The notes under the pieces: model-generated
What the model was told of the DNA's origin: nothing
The model's input: the letters and a program-made list of their open reading frames with translations, nothing else
Databases searched by the model: none
Part shown: one piece after another, positions 15,598 through 16,104 of the stretch
Layout: each line of letters begins with the position of its first letter
Numbering within the stretch: the first letter of the stretch is position 1
Origin: Oligoflexales bacterium
GTDB lineage: Bacteria > Bdellovibrionota_B > Oligoflexia > Oligoflexales > CAIYRB01
Assembly: GCA_041736175.1 (NCBI GenBank)
Contig: JBGSUI010000047.1
Coordinates: 1-16,104 of the forward strand
Length of the DNA: 16,104 bases
Direction of reading: 5' to 3'
Position numbers and translations under genes: made by a program

Positions 15598-16104
15598 CTA
15601 GAGAGTTAGGTCCCACTCTTGTCTCTTTTTCGCCCAGAACTCTTCTCCTAGCCTTTCCCTTGCCGAAAGTTGATTGTGGCGCCGGCAGGTAAGGGCAAGA
15701 TTTTCTACGTCGTGGGTACCCCCATGACAGTGCATCGTCTGGACGTGGTCGAGTTCTAAGTTAAACTTTTCCTTGCAACGACTCCCGTCTACCTCCGTCC
15801 AAGTGCAGCGTCCGTCATCCCGGGACCACACCTCGTGGCGAACGGCCATGGGAATTGCAGACCGGTGTTTTTTCGCAGCTGGTGTTCCCTCTGGAGTCGC
15901 TGAATCCGGGACCGGGGTAACCGGGGTTACCGGGACCACCGCTTCGGGCGGCGTTCGTCCCGGGGCGACACCCTCCTCGGAGCTCTTACCCTGGTCCTTC
16001 TTTTGTTGTCTCTGCTTGGCTCTTTCAGCTTTGCGCAAAGGATCACGGTGTTCAAGGAGATCCCCTAAGGCACTGATCACCACCTCGGCATTCTTTGGTA
16101 CATG
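15598..16104 (-). CDS. HNH endonuclease, C-terminal part (gene is 5'-truncated by the window edge)
   Basis: Frame stays open to base 16104 ([22 protein letters not shown]...). C-terminal [20 protein letters not shown]...C...LELDHV...GG...[11 protein letters not shown] is a Zn-binding HNH domain, preceded by a Pro-rich linker. Confidence 0.9.
   Translation of the reverse strand, partial: HVPKNAEVVISALGDLLEHRDPLRKAERAKQRQQKKDQGKSSEEGVAPGRTPPEAVVPVTPVTPVPDSATPEGTPAAKKHRSAIPMAVRHEVWSRDDGRCTWTEVDGSRCKEKFNLELDHVQTMHCHGGTHDVENLALTCRRHNQLSARERLGEEFWAKKRQEWDLTL

Noticed and set aside
15911..15937. 9-bp tandem repeat (ACCGGGGTA-like) in the HNH gene as an element end or binding site
   Set aside because: It encodes the low-complexity linker VPVTPVTPV; ordinary slippage is sufficient.
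12398..16104. A complete prophage, ICE, IS or DGR
   Set aside because: No integrase, transposase, phage structural gene, reverse transcriptase, terminal inverted repeats or template repeat could be found in the window.

Overview
Bacterial chromosomal window with no rRNA, tRNA, CRISPR, integrase or reverse transcriptase visible. The gene content suggests a predatory or gliding Gram-negative such as Bdellovibrionota/Oligoflexia (inference only). The left 10 kb is a run of exported proteins: a trypsin-like lipoprotein protease, a GH5 mannanase-like hydrolase, a RoxA/MauG-type di-haem cytochrome c and several hypothetical lipoproteins. The right 6 kb holds an intact lepA (EF4) followed directly by a HEPN-MNT toxin-antitoxin pair, a divergent gene with a twin-arginine-like leader and 14 RCC1/BLIP-II repeats, a frameshifted 368-bp second copy of lepA codons ~118-241, and an HNH endonuclease cut by the window edge. 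Two features stand out. (i) The RCC1 gene is two separately homogenised blocks of seven 150-bp units with variation concentrated at a few mostly NNY codons, resembling a diversifying binder scaffold. (ii) It lies between two directly repeated lepA segments whose divergence is mosaic (silent changes in the middle, replacement changes at one end), with the HNH gene abutting the relic. This suggests the cassette entered by recombination at lepA.
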